This document shows, piece by piece, positions 24,877-34,400 of a stretch of DNA of 38,004 nt (position 1 is the first letter of the stretch; each line of letters opens with the position of its first letter). Made by a program: the position numbers and the translations under genes. The notes under the pieces are model-generated. The model searched no databases. It was not told the origin of the DNA and saw only the letters and a program-made list of their open reading frames with translations. The DNA is taken from IMG/VR virus record IMGVR_UViG_3300031451_000007, positions 1 through 38,004 of that record. One strand, given 5' to 3'. This stretch comes from a virus (Duplodnaviria > Caudoviricetes).

Positions 24877-25713
24877 ATGAGCGTAGAGGACGAATCGGCC
24901 ATCAGTTCGGTCGAGGCCGCTGCATTGGCCGATCAGGAAGCGATCATCACGCAGGGACTCAAAACATTCTACGCGGTCGGTACGGCGCTGCTGACCATCC
25001 GTGATCAGCGACTGTACCGGGAAGATCACAGCACATTCGAGGATTACTGCCAAGAACGCTGGGGCATGACACGCCGACATGCCAACCGTCTTATCGAAGC
25101 GTCCGAAGTGATCGATAACTTGGGACCAATTGGTCCCATTTTGCCAGCAACGGAAAGCCAAGCCCGTCCACTCACCCAACTTCCCGCCGAGCAGCAAGGA
25201 CCGGCGTGGCAAGAAGCAGTCGAGACGGCCCCGAACAATAAGCCCACGGCGGCACACGTGGTGGCCACGGTGCGGAACATCCAAGCGCCGCAAGCATCCA
25301 CGTCCCAGGAAAACCCTGGGGCAACGTTGCCCCAGGGTTTAGACGAAACGGATAGCTCTCGTCCAACTTTGGACACAACCTATTTCCCCACGGAACCAAC
25401 GATCAGTACGCTCGATCCGCGCGCCATCCAGCAATGGAAGCCAACCATCCAGCCATCTGACCCGGTGATGCAGGCGATCGTCACCAGCGGGCGCGACGAA
25501 TATCTGGCGCAGGATTTCAATAATCTCGTCGCCGTGCTGTTGCGAACTCCCGACATCGCGCGCCGCATGATGCAGGCGTCGTCTACCGTCGAGATGGCGC
25601 GTATCCTCACGCGCGATGAAGTGGTGGGGATGCGACGGGCCGTGCCGGTGCTCGAATACGCCTTGGGTATCTATGCCGATTTCGAGCGGCAGAGCCTGCG
25701 GGTGGTCCGATGA
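24877..25713 (+). CDS. Phage DNA-binding-type protein (DUF3102-like/HTH N-terminal domain)
   Basis: F-x2-VG-x-AL-x2-IRD-x-RLYR-x2-H-x-TFEDYC-x-ERWG-x2-R-x2-A-x-RLI...LP-x2-ESQARPL. Confidence 0.7.
   Translation: MSVEDESAISSVEAAALADQEAIITQGLKTFYAVGTALLTIRDQRLYREDHSTFEDYCQERWGMTRRHANRLIEASEVIDNLGPIGPILPATESQARPLTQLPAEQQGPAWQEAVETAPNNKPTAAHVVATVRNIQAPQASTSQENPGATLPQGLDETDSSRPTLDTTYFPTEPTISTLDPRAIQQWKPTIQPSDPVMQAIVTSGRDEYLAQDFNNLVAVLLRTPDIARRMMQASSTVEMARILTRDEVVGMRRAVPVLEYALGIYADFERQSLRVVR
25121..25374. repeat. Three intragenic palindromes
   Basis: TGGGACCAATTGGTCCCA (25121-25138, perfect 18 bp), AAACCCTGGGGCAACGTTGCCCCAGGGTTT (25311-25340, perfect 30 bp) and GTCCAA-CT-TTGGAC (25361-25374). Confidence 0.92.
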
Positions 25714-26228
25714 CACTGGACACGTTCCTCGGTCCCATCATGACCGAGATATTCGACGACGATCCCTCGATCGGCAACAACGATGCGGTTGCCCGCGTAC
25801 TGGCGTTCGTCAAGGTGCAGCCGAACGCCGCGTATTGCGACCAGCTCGCTATCTTCGATGGCTACCTCGTTATCTGGCGTCGGCATGTACGAAAACAGAA
25901 TGCGCGCAACCGGAAGCGGTTGAAAGCCCTCGCCTTCGCGCCGACACAGAAGAAAATCGTCAAGGACAATCCGTGGTTGCAGTTGCAGATACCATCGTCG
26001 GACGGCCAGAGCAAGATGACGATGGGGAAATCGCGCGCCGTAGACTTGCGACAATCCGCCGCGCTGATGATCGGGCAGGCGCGTGGCATGTATGCCACGA
26101 TCCGGCAATTCATCACCGCCGCAGAACTGCTTGAAATCGCCGGGGAGAAAGTTGGCAATCCCGATCTGATGCTCGAAGAAGGTGTCGAAATGGGGTTGAT
26201 CGACGTGAACCGCTTGGCAGCGGCGTAA
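25710..26228 (+). CDS. Hypothetical protein
   Basis: ATGA-coupled; 172 aa; ends in RLAAA. Confidence 0.75.
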   Translation: MTLDTFLGPIMTEIFDDDPSIGNNDAVARVLAFVKVQPNAAYCDQLAIFDGYLVIWRRHVRKQNARNRKRLKALAFAPTQKKIVKDNPWLQLQIPSSDGQSKMTMGKSRAVDLRQSAALMIGQARGMYATIRQFITAAELLEIAGEKVGNPDLMLEEGVEMGLIDVNRLAAA

Positions 26229-26244
26229 TTCTTAGGAGGCTGAT

Positions 26245-26604
26245 ATGGTGCTCACGCAAGAACAGAAAGACAATCTCTTCGCCGCCCTGGACGCCGCAGA
26301 GGGTGAGGATATGCAAGCGACCCTGATTCGTGTAGCGGGCAATCTTCGCGTGACCGATGTGGCACCCGCGTTGCGCGAATACTCGCAGATGCTTGCCCTA
26401 CGTCAGCGCACAACGGGGCTCGTGATCCGCGCGATGGATGCGATCAGGGCGGAAGGCCGACGCGCGGGTGTCGCGAATCCCGGCGAACTGATGGCGCTGC
26501 GCGGGGTCAGGACTGTCCCCGAACTCCTCGCGTCCCTTGGCTTCACCGGCGACCTCGATGCTCTGGCGAACGAGATGGAACGGGCGGTGCAACGCGCCGC
26601 GTAG
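26245..26604 (+). CDS. Hypothetical protein
   Basis: AGGAGG RBS; ends in QRAA. Confidence 0.75.
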   Translation: MVLTQEQKDNLFAALDAAEGEDMQATLIRVAGNLRVTDVAPALREYSQMLALRQRTTGLVIRAMDAIRAEGRRAGVANPGELMALRGVRTVPELLASLGFTGDLDALANEMERAVQRAA

Positions 26605-26612
26605 TCTACCCC

Positions 26613-26641
26613 TTGCCGTCCGGGGCGTCCCGCCCGATACT
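26613..26641 (+). promoter_or_regulatory. Putative hicAB promoter
   Basis: TTGCCG-17 nt-GATACT with a short GGGCG/CGCCC dyad in the spacer. Confidence 0.4.
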
Positions 26642-26682
26642 TGGTCAGCACGAGGGCGACACGACGCGACGATGGAGGGGCG

Positions 26683-26877
26683 GTGGCGACGGTAAAGGTC
26701 GGCGAGGCGCTCCGACGGTTGGGCGTCGATGGCTGGTTCCTCGTCCGCACCGCCGGGAGCCACCGCATCTTCCGCCATCCGACCAAGCCGGGGACCGTGA
26801 CGGTGCCCGGCAAGCCCGGCGAGCAACTCACGGAGGGGACATGGAACAGCATCCAGAAGCAGGCGGGCTGGCGGTAG
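26683..26877 (+). CDS. hicA: HicA-family toxin (mRNA interferase)
   Basis: L-x2-DGW-x-LVR-x2-GSH-x2-FRHPTKPG-x-VTVP...GT-x-NSI-x-KQAG. Confidence 0.92.
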   Translation: MATVKVGEALRRLGVDGWFLVRTAGSHRIFRHPTKPGTVTVPGKPGEQLTEGTWNSIQKQAGWR

Positions 26878-27389
26878 CCACCCGGCGCACCTACGCCATC
26901 GTCATCGAGTGGGCCGAGACGAACTATGCGGCGTATATCCCCGATGTCCCCGGCTGCGTGACCACCGGCGCGACGGTCGAGGAGACGATCGCCAACATGC
27001 GCGAGGCGCTCCAGGCGCACCTCGAAGTGACGCAGGAGTACGGCGAACCGCTCCCCGAGCCGCGTGCCCGCGTGGCGACCGTCGATGTGGCGATCGAATC
27101 TGGCGGGCCGACACACGCCGCGCCCACGGGAGGGACGATGCAGGCCCAACAGGACGACGACGCGGCGTTCAACGCGGCGGGCGAGCCGATCTTCCGCCTC
27201 GATGACGGCACCTGGGTACTCGCCACGCATCTCGCCTACGAATTCACGAACGGGCCGGTGCCGGACGGGATGCACGTCGTGCAATCGTGCGGCAACCAGG
27301 CGTGTATGAACCCCGACCACTTCCGCTTGCAGAAGAACTCCCCGCGCTGGGAGCGGCAACACACCAGTTGGCATCTCCATCCGGCGTAG
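26841..27389 (+). CDS. hicB: HicB-family antitoxin, in frame with a degenerate HNH domain
   Basis: YAIVIE...NYAAYIPDVPGCVTTG-x-TVEE-x3-NMREAL-x2-HL...GEPLPEP, reading through to LAYEFTNGPVPDGMHVVQSCGNQACMNPDHF. Start uncertain. Confidence 0.85.
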   Translation: MEQHPEAGGLAVATRRTYAIVIEWAETNYAAYIPDVPGCVTTGATVEETIANMREALQAHLEVTQEYGEPLPEPRARVATVDVAIESGGPTHAAPTGGTMQAQQDDDAAFNAAGEPIFRLDDGTWVLATHLAYEFTNGPVPDGMHVVQSCGNQACMNPDHFRLQKNSPRWERQHTSWHLHPA

Positions 27390-27405
27390 CGCGCGGTAAG
27401 CACCA

Positions 27406-27445
27406 CACAGCGCCCCCGCACCGCTCTGGTGCCGGGGGCGCTGTG
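27406..27445. terminator. GC-rich hairpin between convergent genes
   Basis: CACAGCGCCCCC...GGGGGCGCTGTG. Confidence 0.65.
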
Positions 27446-28348
27446 CTATTTGGCGTCTATCGTCCAGTCGCCATCGGCGGTTACATTGAACACATAGATA
27501 CCGCGCGCGGGAATACGAATACTCTGGCTCGTGGTCGTGTTGCCGATCGCGTTTGCCGCGAGCGCCACCACCTGCCCGCGACTATCGAGCACCTCCACGA
27601 TAAAGTTGCGCGTCCCGTTATGACTCCCGGCGACGAACACCGCCCCGGCGTTGGCGGTAAAGAGCGGCGTATTCTGGTTACCGGTGCCGCTGAAAGACTG
27701 GGGGAGTGGCACGGACGATTGCTGCTCGAATGCGCCGATCGGTACGAACGCGAAGACCCACGGGCCGTTCCCAAGGGTGACATTGAGGATGTAGTCGCCG
27801 GTGGCGGGCACACGAAATGCCTTGCTGGTAGACCCGGTGCCGATTGTATTGGCGAGCAAGGCCACCGTCTTACCGGTACTATCCTGCAATTCGGCGATGA
27901 AATTGTATTGGCCGGTGAAGGAGGAGTTCACCGTCATCAGCCCGGCCAGTAGATGCACGCCGGGGATGGCCTGCTGCCCCCTGCCGTTGATCTCGACGTG
28001 GGGCGATGGTGCGGCGGGCGGCGGGACGGTCGGTGGTATCGGTGTCATCGTTGGGGGACGCGGAGTTGCCGTCGCTGTCGGTGGTTTCAGGGTAGATGTC
28101 GCGGTAGCGGTTGGTGGTGCCTTTGTCGGCGCGGCGGTGCTGGTTGCGCTCGGCGCGATTGTCGACGTGGCTGGGGGTGGCGTGTTGGTCGCGGCACTCG
28201 TGGCGGTTGGCACGCCGATCGTCGCTAACTGACTAACCTCGCCAGTGCGCGTCTGCGTAGCCGCCACATTGACGGTAGGTGTCCCCGTCGCGCCACAAGA
28301 TCCCAGGAACAGACATAGGATAGCCACCGCTAACACACGTTTCATCAT
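27446..28348 (-). CDS. Lipoprotein with Thr/Pro/Ala linker and two tandem beta-sandwich repeats
   Basis: Signal peptide MMKRVLAVAILCLFLGSC (lipobox); repeats G-x-G...NFI-x-E-x2-DS-x-G-x2-VAL-x-AN-x-IG...PA-x-G-x-Y-x2-NVT-x2-(x)-G-x-W. Confidence 0.85.
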   Translation of the reverse strand: MMKRVLAVAILCLFLGSCGATGTPTVNVAATQTRTGEVSQLATIGVPTATSAATNTPPPATSTIAPSATSTAAPTKAPPTATATSTLKPPTATATPRPPTMTPIPPTVPPPAAPSPHVEINGRGQQAIPGVHLLAGLMTVNSSFTGQYNFIAELQDSTGKTVALLANTIGTGSTSKAFRVPATGDYILNVTLGNGPWVFAFVPIGAFEQQSSVPLPQSFSGTGNQNTPLFTANAGAVFVAGSHNGTRNFIVEVLDSRGQVVALAANAIGNTTTSQSIRIPARGIYVFNVTADGDWTIDAK

Positions 28349-28366
28349 GTCTCCCTATCCCCCCAC

Positions 28367-28395
28367 TTGACAACAACCGTGCCGCACTCTACCAT
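28367..28395 (+). promoter_or_regulatory. Putative promoter for the tape measure gene, overlapping a divergent extended -10 for the lipoprotein
   Basis: TTGACA-17 nt-TACCAT; the minus strand reads TG-G-TAGAGT. Confidence 0.6.
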
Positions 28396-28420
28396 ACATC
28401 CGTGCTTTGAGCGCATCCAC

Positions 28421-28468
28421 AGAGATGCCGGGCATCCCCTTCGGGGGGTGGTCCGGCGTCTCTTTTTT
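28421..28468 (+). terminator. Intrinsic-terminator-like hairpin in the tape measure leader
   Basis: AGAGATGCCGG...TTCG loop...CCGGCGTCTCT followed by TTTTT. Confidence 0.7.
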
Positions 28469-28479
28469 GTGGGTGCGCG

Positions 28480-31400
28480 ATGCCGGATGTCGCCGAACTC
28501 CGCGTAAAAATATCCCTGGACGGTGCCGAGAAGGTCGCTTCTGGATTGAAGCAGGCCGACAGCAGTGTGTCCTCCTTCGCGTCCAACGCGGGCAAGATGG
28601 GCGGCGCGCTCGGCTCGGTCGCCACACAGTTCGCCGCGTTCGGGGTGGTGGCGGGCGGTGCGGTCGTGGCCGGACTCGGCGCGGCGGTATCGAAGGCCAG
28701 CGATTTCGAGGCGGGCATGTCCCGCGTCAAGGCGGCGAGTAGCGCCAGCGCGTCGGAGATGGCGGCGCTCGGGTCGGCGGCGATCGCGCTCGGCGCGGAC
28801 ACCCAACTCGCGGGCATCGGCGCGACCGACGCAGCGAGCGCGATGGAAGAGTTGGCGAAGGGGGGCGTCTCCGTTTCCGATCAACTCGGTGGGGCGACGA
28901 AGGGCGCATTGCTCCTGGCCTCATCGGGGAGCATCGCCGTCGCCGACGCGGCTGGTATCGCCACCAAGGCCATGAATATCTTCGGCCTCGCCGGGACCGA
29001 TGTGGCGCACGTCGCCGACCTGATGAGCGCCGGGGCCAACAAGAGCGCGACCGATGTGGGCCAACTCGGCGCGGCGTTCAACCAGTCGGCGGCGGTCGCG
29101 AAGAATGCGGGCCTCGACATCGAGACGCTGACCGGGACGCTCGCCTTCTTCGCGCAGCGCGGCATGGAAGGGTCCGACGCCGGGACCAGCCTCAAGACCG
29201 CCCTGCTCGCCCTGCAAGCGCCCACGGATGTCGCCGCCAAGACGATGAGCGACCTCGGCATCAACGTGCGCGACGCCAACGGCAAGATGCTCCCGATGGC
29301 GGACATCGCGGACGTGCTGAAAGATCGCCTCTCCGGTTTATCGGACGCTCAGAGGGATAGCGCGCTCAAGCAAATATTTGGGAACGACGCGATCCGCGTG
29401 GGCATCGGCCTCTACGAAGGGGGCGGTTCGGCGATCCGCGACTGGACCGCCAAAGTCAACGACGCGGGCAACGCCGCGCGCACCGGCGCGACGATCAACG
29501 ACAACCTGAAAGGCAGCCTGAGCCAGCTCGGCGCGGTGCTCGAAACGGGCGCGATCCAGTTCGGCGGCAAGCTGACGCCGGTGATCCGCACCGCGACGGA
29601 TGAGGTCGCCAAGTTTGTGCAGGGGGTGATGGACTCCCCCAGGGCGCAGGCGGCGTTCGACAGTTTCGCCACGTCGGCCGGCACGGCGATCACGGCCTTC
29701 TTCACGAAGGTCAAGGACCCGGCGTTCCAGGATGCGGCGCGCCAGTGGGCGACCGCCGCGCTCGATGTCGGCAAGGCGGTCGTCTCGCTGGGTCAGAATA
29801 TCGGCTCCACGCTCGGTCCGCCGCTGCGCGAGGCCGTGACATGGTTCAACGGCCTCGATCAGGCGGGCAAGGAACAGGTCATCTCCTTCGGCCTGGTGGC
29901 GGCTTCGGCGGTCAAGTTCCGCGACGAACTCGGCACCGTCAAGAGCGTGGTCGAGGATGTCATCAAATCCTTCGCCGCGAAGGAGGCGGCGAAGAAGGGC
30001 CTGACCGCCGCGAATAACACGCTGGCGGGAAGTGCTGCGAATACCGCCAAATCGTTCGGGGGGGTTGCTGCCGCCGCCGTACCCGCCGCGCTGGCGATCG
30101 CCGATGTGGCAGTTGTGAGCGGCGTCGCGGTGGGGGCATCGGTCGCGATGATCTCCGCCGCCGATGGCGTACAAAAGAAGTTCGGCGAGCAGAACGACAT
30201 CCTCGCACAGAGCGCCGCCCATTGGGATGCCGCGAGCATCGCCATCGCGCACGGCGGGACCGAGCAGAACAACGCGGTCGTCTACTTCCAGAAGTGGCTC
30301 GACGTCCACGGACAGACAATCAGCAGCCTCGCGCAAGGCGAGATGCTGTGGAACCAGTACGTCACCGCGACCAATAGCGCCGGGGTCGGGATCGCGGGGC
30401 TGACCACCGCGCAACTCGGGATGCTCGACCCGCTCAATCAGACGAACGCGCGCCTCGGCGAGGGGCGGATCGCGGGCGATAACTTCAATAACACGTTGGT
30501 CGGGATCGGCGTCGGCGCGAAGGTGATGGTCGGCGTATTCAGCGGTGCCGCCGCAGACGTTGACAATCTGAATAACCGTCTCGGCGAGGGGCGGATGGCG
30601 GGCGACAACTTCAACAACACGTTGGTCGGGGTGGGCGTCGGTGCGCACGCGATGGTCGCATCGATCACGGCGGTCGCCTCGGAGCAGCAGCAGGCCACCA
30701 AGGCGGCGCAAGACGGTCAGGTCGCGTGGCTCAACGCGCAAAACGCCCAGGAGAATTACGGGGGCGCGCTGGCGACGTTCGGCGAGCAGGCGCGACACGC
30801 CACCGACAATTTCAACGCGCTCGTGCAGCAGCAGCAGGCGGCGGGGCAGCAAGCGAGCGTCTACTCGGGGCAAGTCGGGCTGCTGGACGGCGGCATGGAT
30901 CGTCTCAACGCGCGGTATCAGCAGGGCATCCCACTCTCCGCCGCGCAGGTCGCGAGCTATCAGCAGGCGGCGGAGGCGGCGGCGTTCTACCGGATCGGGA
31001 TCGGGAGCCTCACCGAATCGCAGTTCACCAGCGCCATCGCCGCGCAGCAGCAGATCGTCACGGCCGAGGCGATGGTGCGTCAAACGGCGCTCCTGTCCGG
31101 CGCCTCGACCACGGTCGCCGATTCCCTGCAAGGGCAAGCGGGCGCGTACCTCACCCTCGTGGCGAACGTCGAGGCGACCAACTCCGCGTTGCGGGTCGCC
31201 ACCCAGGAACACAGCACGCTCGGCGGCGAATTGAACACGTTCACGGGCCGGGTCGCCGCACTCACGCAGCAGGAGAAGGATTACGCGGCGGGCAAGGCCG
31301 GGGTCACCGCGCTGACTATCGACGAACGCAATCAACTCGGTCAACTCAGCGGCATTATCCCCGGCATGACGGAGGCGTACCGGCTCCAAGCGGTGCAAGT

Positions 31401-34400
31401 CACCAACATGGAGATCGCGCATGTCCGCGCCAATGCGGCGCTCCAGGAGGCGCAGCAGGCGTTCCAGGGGCAGAATACCGCGATGGTGTCCAGCGGCACG
31501 GCCCTGGCCGACGCCGCGCTGAAGGCGGGCACGCTGACGCAGGCGCAGCACGATCTCGCGGTCGCGTCGATCGCCAGCGCCAGCAACGCGTTCGATCTGA
31601 CCGCCGCGATCAACAGCATCCCCGGCCAGCACGTCACACAATTCGTGGTGGACGCCGCAGGGGCGATCGAACTCGTCAGCCAGTTCGGCACCCACTTGTT
31701 CGACGTGCCGAAGGAATATGCCACCAAGCTTCAAAATAATAGTACCGACCTGATCCCATTGATCGACCAATACGGACAGGCGTTCCTGCACGTCCCCGCC
31801 GACTGGGTGACGAATGTCAACAACAACGCGGGCGAGCAGACGCCGGTCGTGGATGGCTACGGGCGAATCGTCGCGCAAATCCCGACGGAGTGGGCGACCA
31901 CCTTCCTGCACAACGCGGGCGAGGTGATCCCGGTCGTTGACAACTACGGGAATGTCATCAAGACGGTCGAGCGCAGCAAGGTCACGGAGTTTATCGCCAA
32001 CACGGCAGGCGCGCAGTCGGCGGTCAACGAATTCGGCCAGACGGTGATCAACATACCACCAACCGCGACCACCACCGTCAGCGCGCCGGGCGCGGCCACG
32101 GCGGCCACGGATATCGGGGCAGTCGCCACGGCGGCCACGACAGTGCCATCAACCGCCACCACCACCGTCAGCGCGCCCGGCGCGCTCGGTTCGGCGCAGG
32201 CGATCGGTGCACATGCCGCCGCCGCGCTCGCGGTGCCCCAAGCGGCCACCACGAATGTGACCGCACCGGGCGCGCTGGGGTCGGCGGTGTCGATCGGTGC
32301 CGTCACCGCCGCCGCGCTCGCGGTTCCCAGTGCCACCACCACCACGTCAGCGACGGTCAACACCGCCCAGTCGGCGGGACAGATCGCGGGCGTCTCCGCC
32401 GCCGTCGCGCTGGTCCCCAAATCCTTCACCGTCACCGCGAACGTGGACATCGGCGGGGCGCTCGCCAATATCGCCACCCTGGCGGCGAACATGCCGCACT
32501 CCCCGGCGAAGGAAGGGCCGTTCAAGACGCTGCCGAACTGGCAGTGGGTGTTCAGCAACTTCGCCGACGGGGTCAGCGGCGCGCTTGCCGAGGTGAGCCG
32601 ACTCGGCGGCGGGATCAGCGACACGGTGGCGGCGGGGGCGAAGCGCACCGGCGAGATCATGGGTTCGCTCGCCACCACGGTCAAGAGCGGCATGGATGCG
32701 CTCACCGGACTCGCCGCGTTCAACCCCGCGACGATGGCCCCCACGGACGCGCAGCGGGGCGGCTTCCTGGCCGCGCTCGCGCCGCTGCTCGCGGACCTCA
32801 ACGCCGCGACCACGGCCTATAGCGAGGAATCGGCCAAGGCCGCGACCCGCTGGGCCGACACGAGCGGCAAGCTGCTCGGCGTGGTCAAGGCCGGCCTCGA
32901 CGCGCTCGCGGGCCTCGTGACGTTCGTCGCCCCGGCCCAGGCCAACATCGCCGCGTTCAAGTTCGCCACGGAAAGCCTCGTCACCAGTTTGGGCGACAGC
33001 GCGGCGGTCATGGATGCGGACTTCGTGGCGAATGCCGCCGTATGGGCCGAAGGGGCTGGGAAGAGCCTCACCATCCTGAAGACCGGCGCGGACGGGTTGC
33101 GCGCGCTGCTCAACTTCGTGGCCCCGACACAGGCCAACATTGCCGCGTTCAAGTTCGCGACCGAGTCCCTGGTGCGCTCGCTCGGCGATAGCGCCGTGGT
33201 GATGGACAGCACATTCGCGGCCAATGCGGGCGTCTGGGCGACCGGGGCGGGCAAAGCGCTCGGGATCCTCAAATCGGGCGTGGACGGTTTCGCGGCGCTC
33301 GCCACGCTGGTGGTGCCGAGTCAGGCGGCGATCGGGGCGTTCAAATTCGCCACCGAGTTCGTCGTGCAGAGCATCGCCGACACGGCGGCGGCGATGGACG
33401 CCAGGGCGGTCGCGGCGGCGGCGGTATGGAGCGACGGGGCGGGGAAGGTGCTCGGCCTGATCAAATCGGGCGTGGACGGGCTGACCGCCCTGGCGGCGTT
33501 CGTCGCGCCCGCCCCCGCCGCGATCGACGCCTTCGCCGTGGCGGTCGGGCAGATCGTCGCCCGTTTCGCGGTCGCGGCGCAGGCGATCGGCACCGAGGGG
33601 GTCGCGGCGGCGGGCGCGTTCGGCACCAGCGCCAAACTGGCGGTCGATACGATCAAGACCGGCCTCGACGCCTTCAAGTCGTTCAAAGACATGGTGATTC
33701 CTTCCTCCGGCGCGATCGACGAATTGGTGGCGGGCGTGACCTATGTCGTGCAACGGTTCGCGGACATGGCCGATCAGATGGGCAAGGGCGCGCTCGGCAA
33801 GGCGCAGGACTTCGCCACGGCGGTCGGTGCGAGCGCCAAATCCGTGCAGACGGCGATCGGCACGTTCAAGAGCCTCACCGAAGCCCCGTTCAAGGGGGCC
33901 ATGACCGCGATCATGACGGAATTCACGGGCGATTTCGACGGCGCGCTGACCCTGATGAAGGAGGCGACCGCCGCCGCCGGGGAGTACGAGGCCCAGGCGC
34001 ATCTGTACGAGCAGGCGATGAAGAACGCCGCGAGCTGGATCGCGGCGGGGAACGCGGCGCTGGCGACGGCGGCGCTGCCGGGCAGCGGCATGGGCGCGGC
34101 GATGGCCGACGCGGGCGCGCATCTCGGCGACAGCCTCGCGAGCGGGATGCGCGGCGCCCTGGAGATCCACTCGCCCTCGCAGGTGATGGTCACGGTCGGC
34201 CAGCAGGTGGTCGCAGGGCTCGTCGCCGGCATGAGTTCCAGCGCGCAGGACGCGGCGAAAAAGGCCGCCGACGTGGCGAAAGGGATCGCCGACGCCGTGA
34301 CGGCCACCTTGGGCGCGATGAAGGCGCTCGGCGGGCTGAGCATGGCGTCCCTCCCCTCGGGCGGGCAGGTGGGCGCGTTCGTCGCCTTCACCGGCCAGCT

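Noticed and set aside
30446-33240. Diversity-generating retroelement TR/VR pair suggested by near-identical repeats in the tape measure gene
   Set aside because: Both copies are in-frame coding, differences are mostly synonymous and not adenine-specific, and no reverse transcriptase is present.
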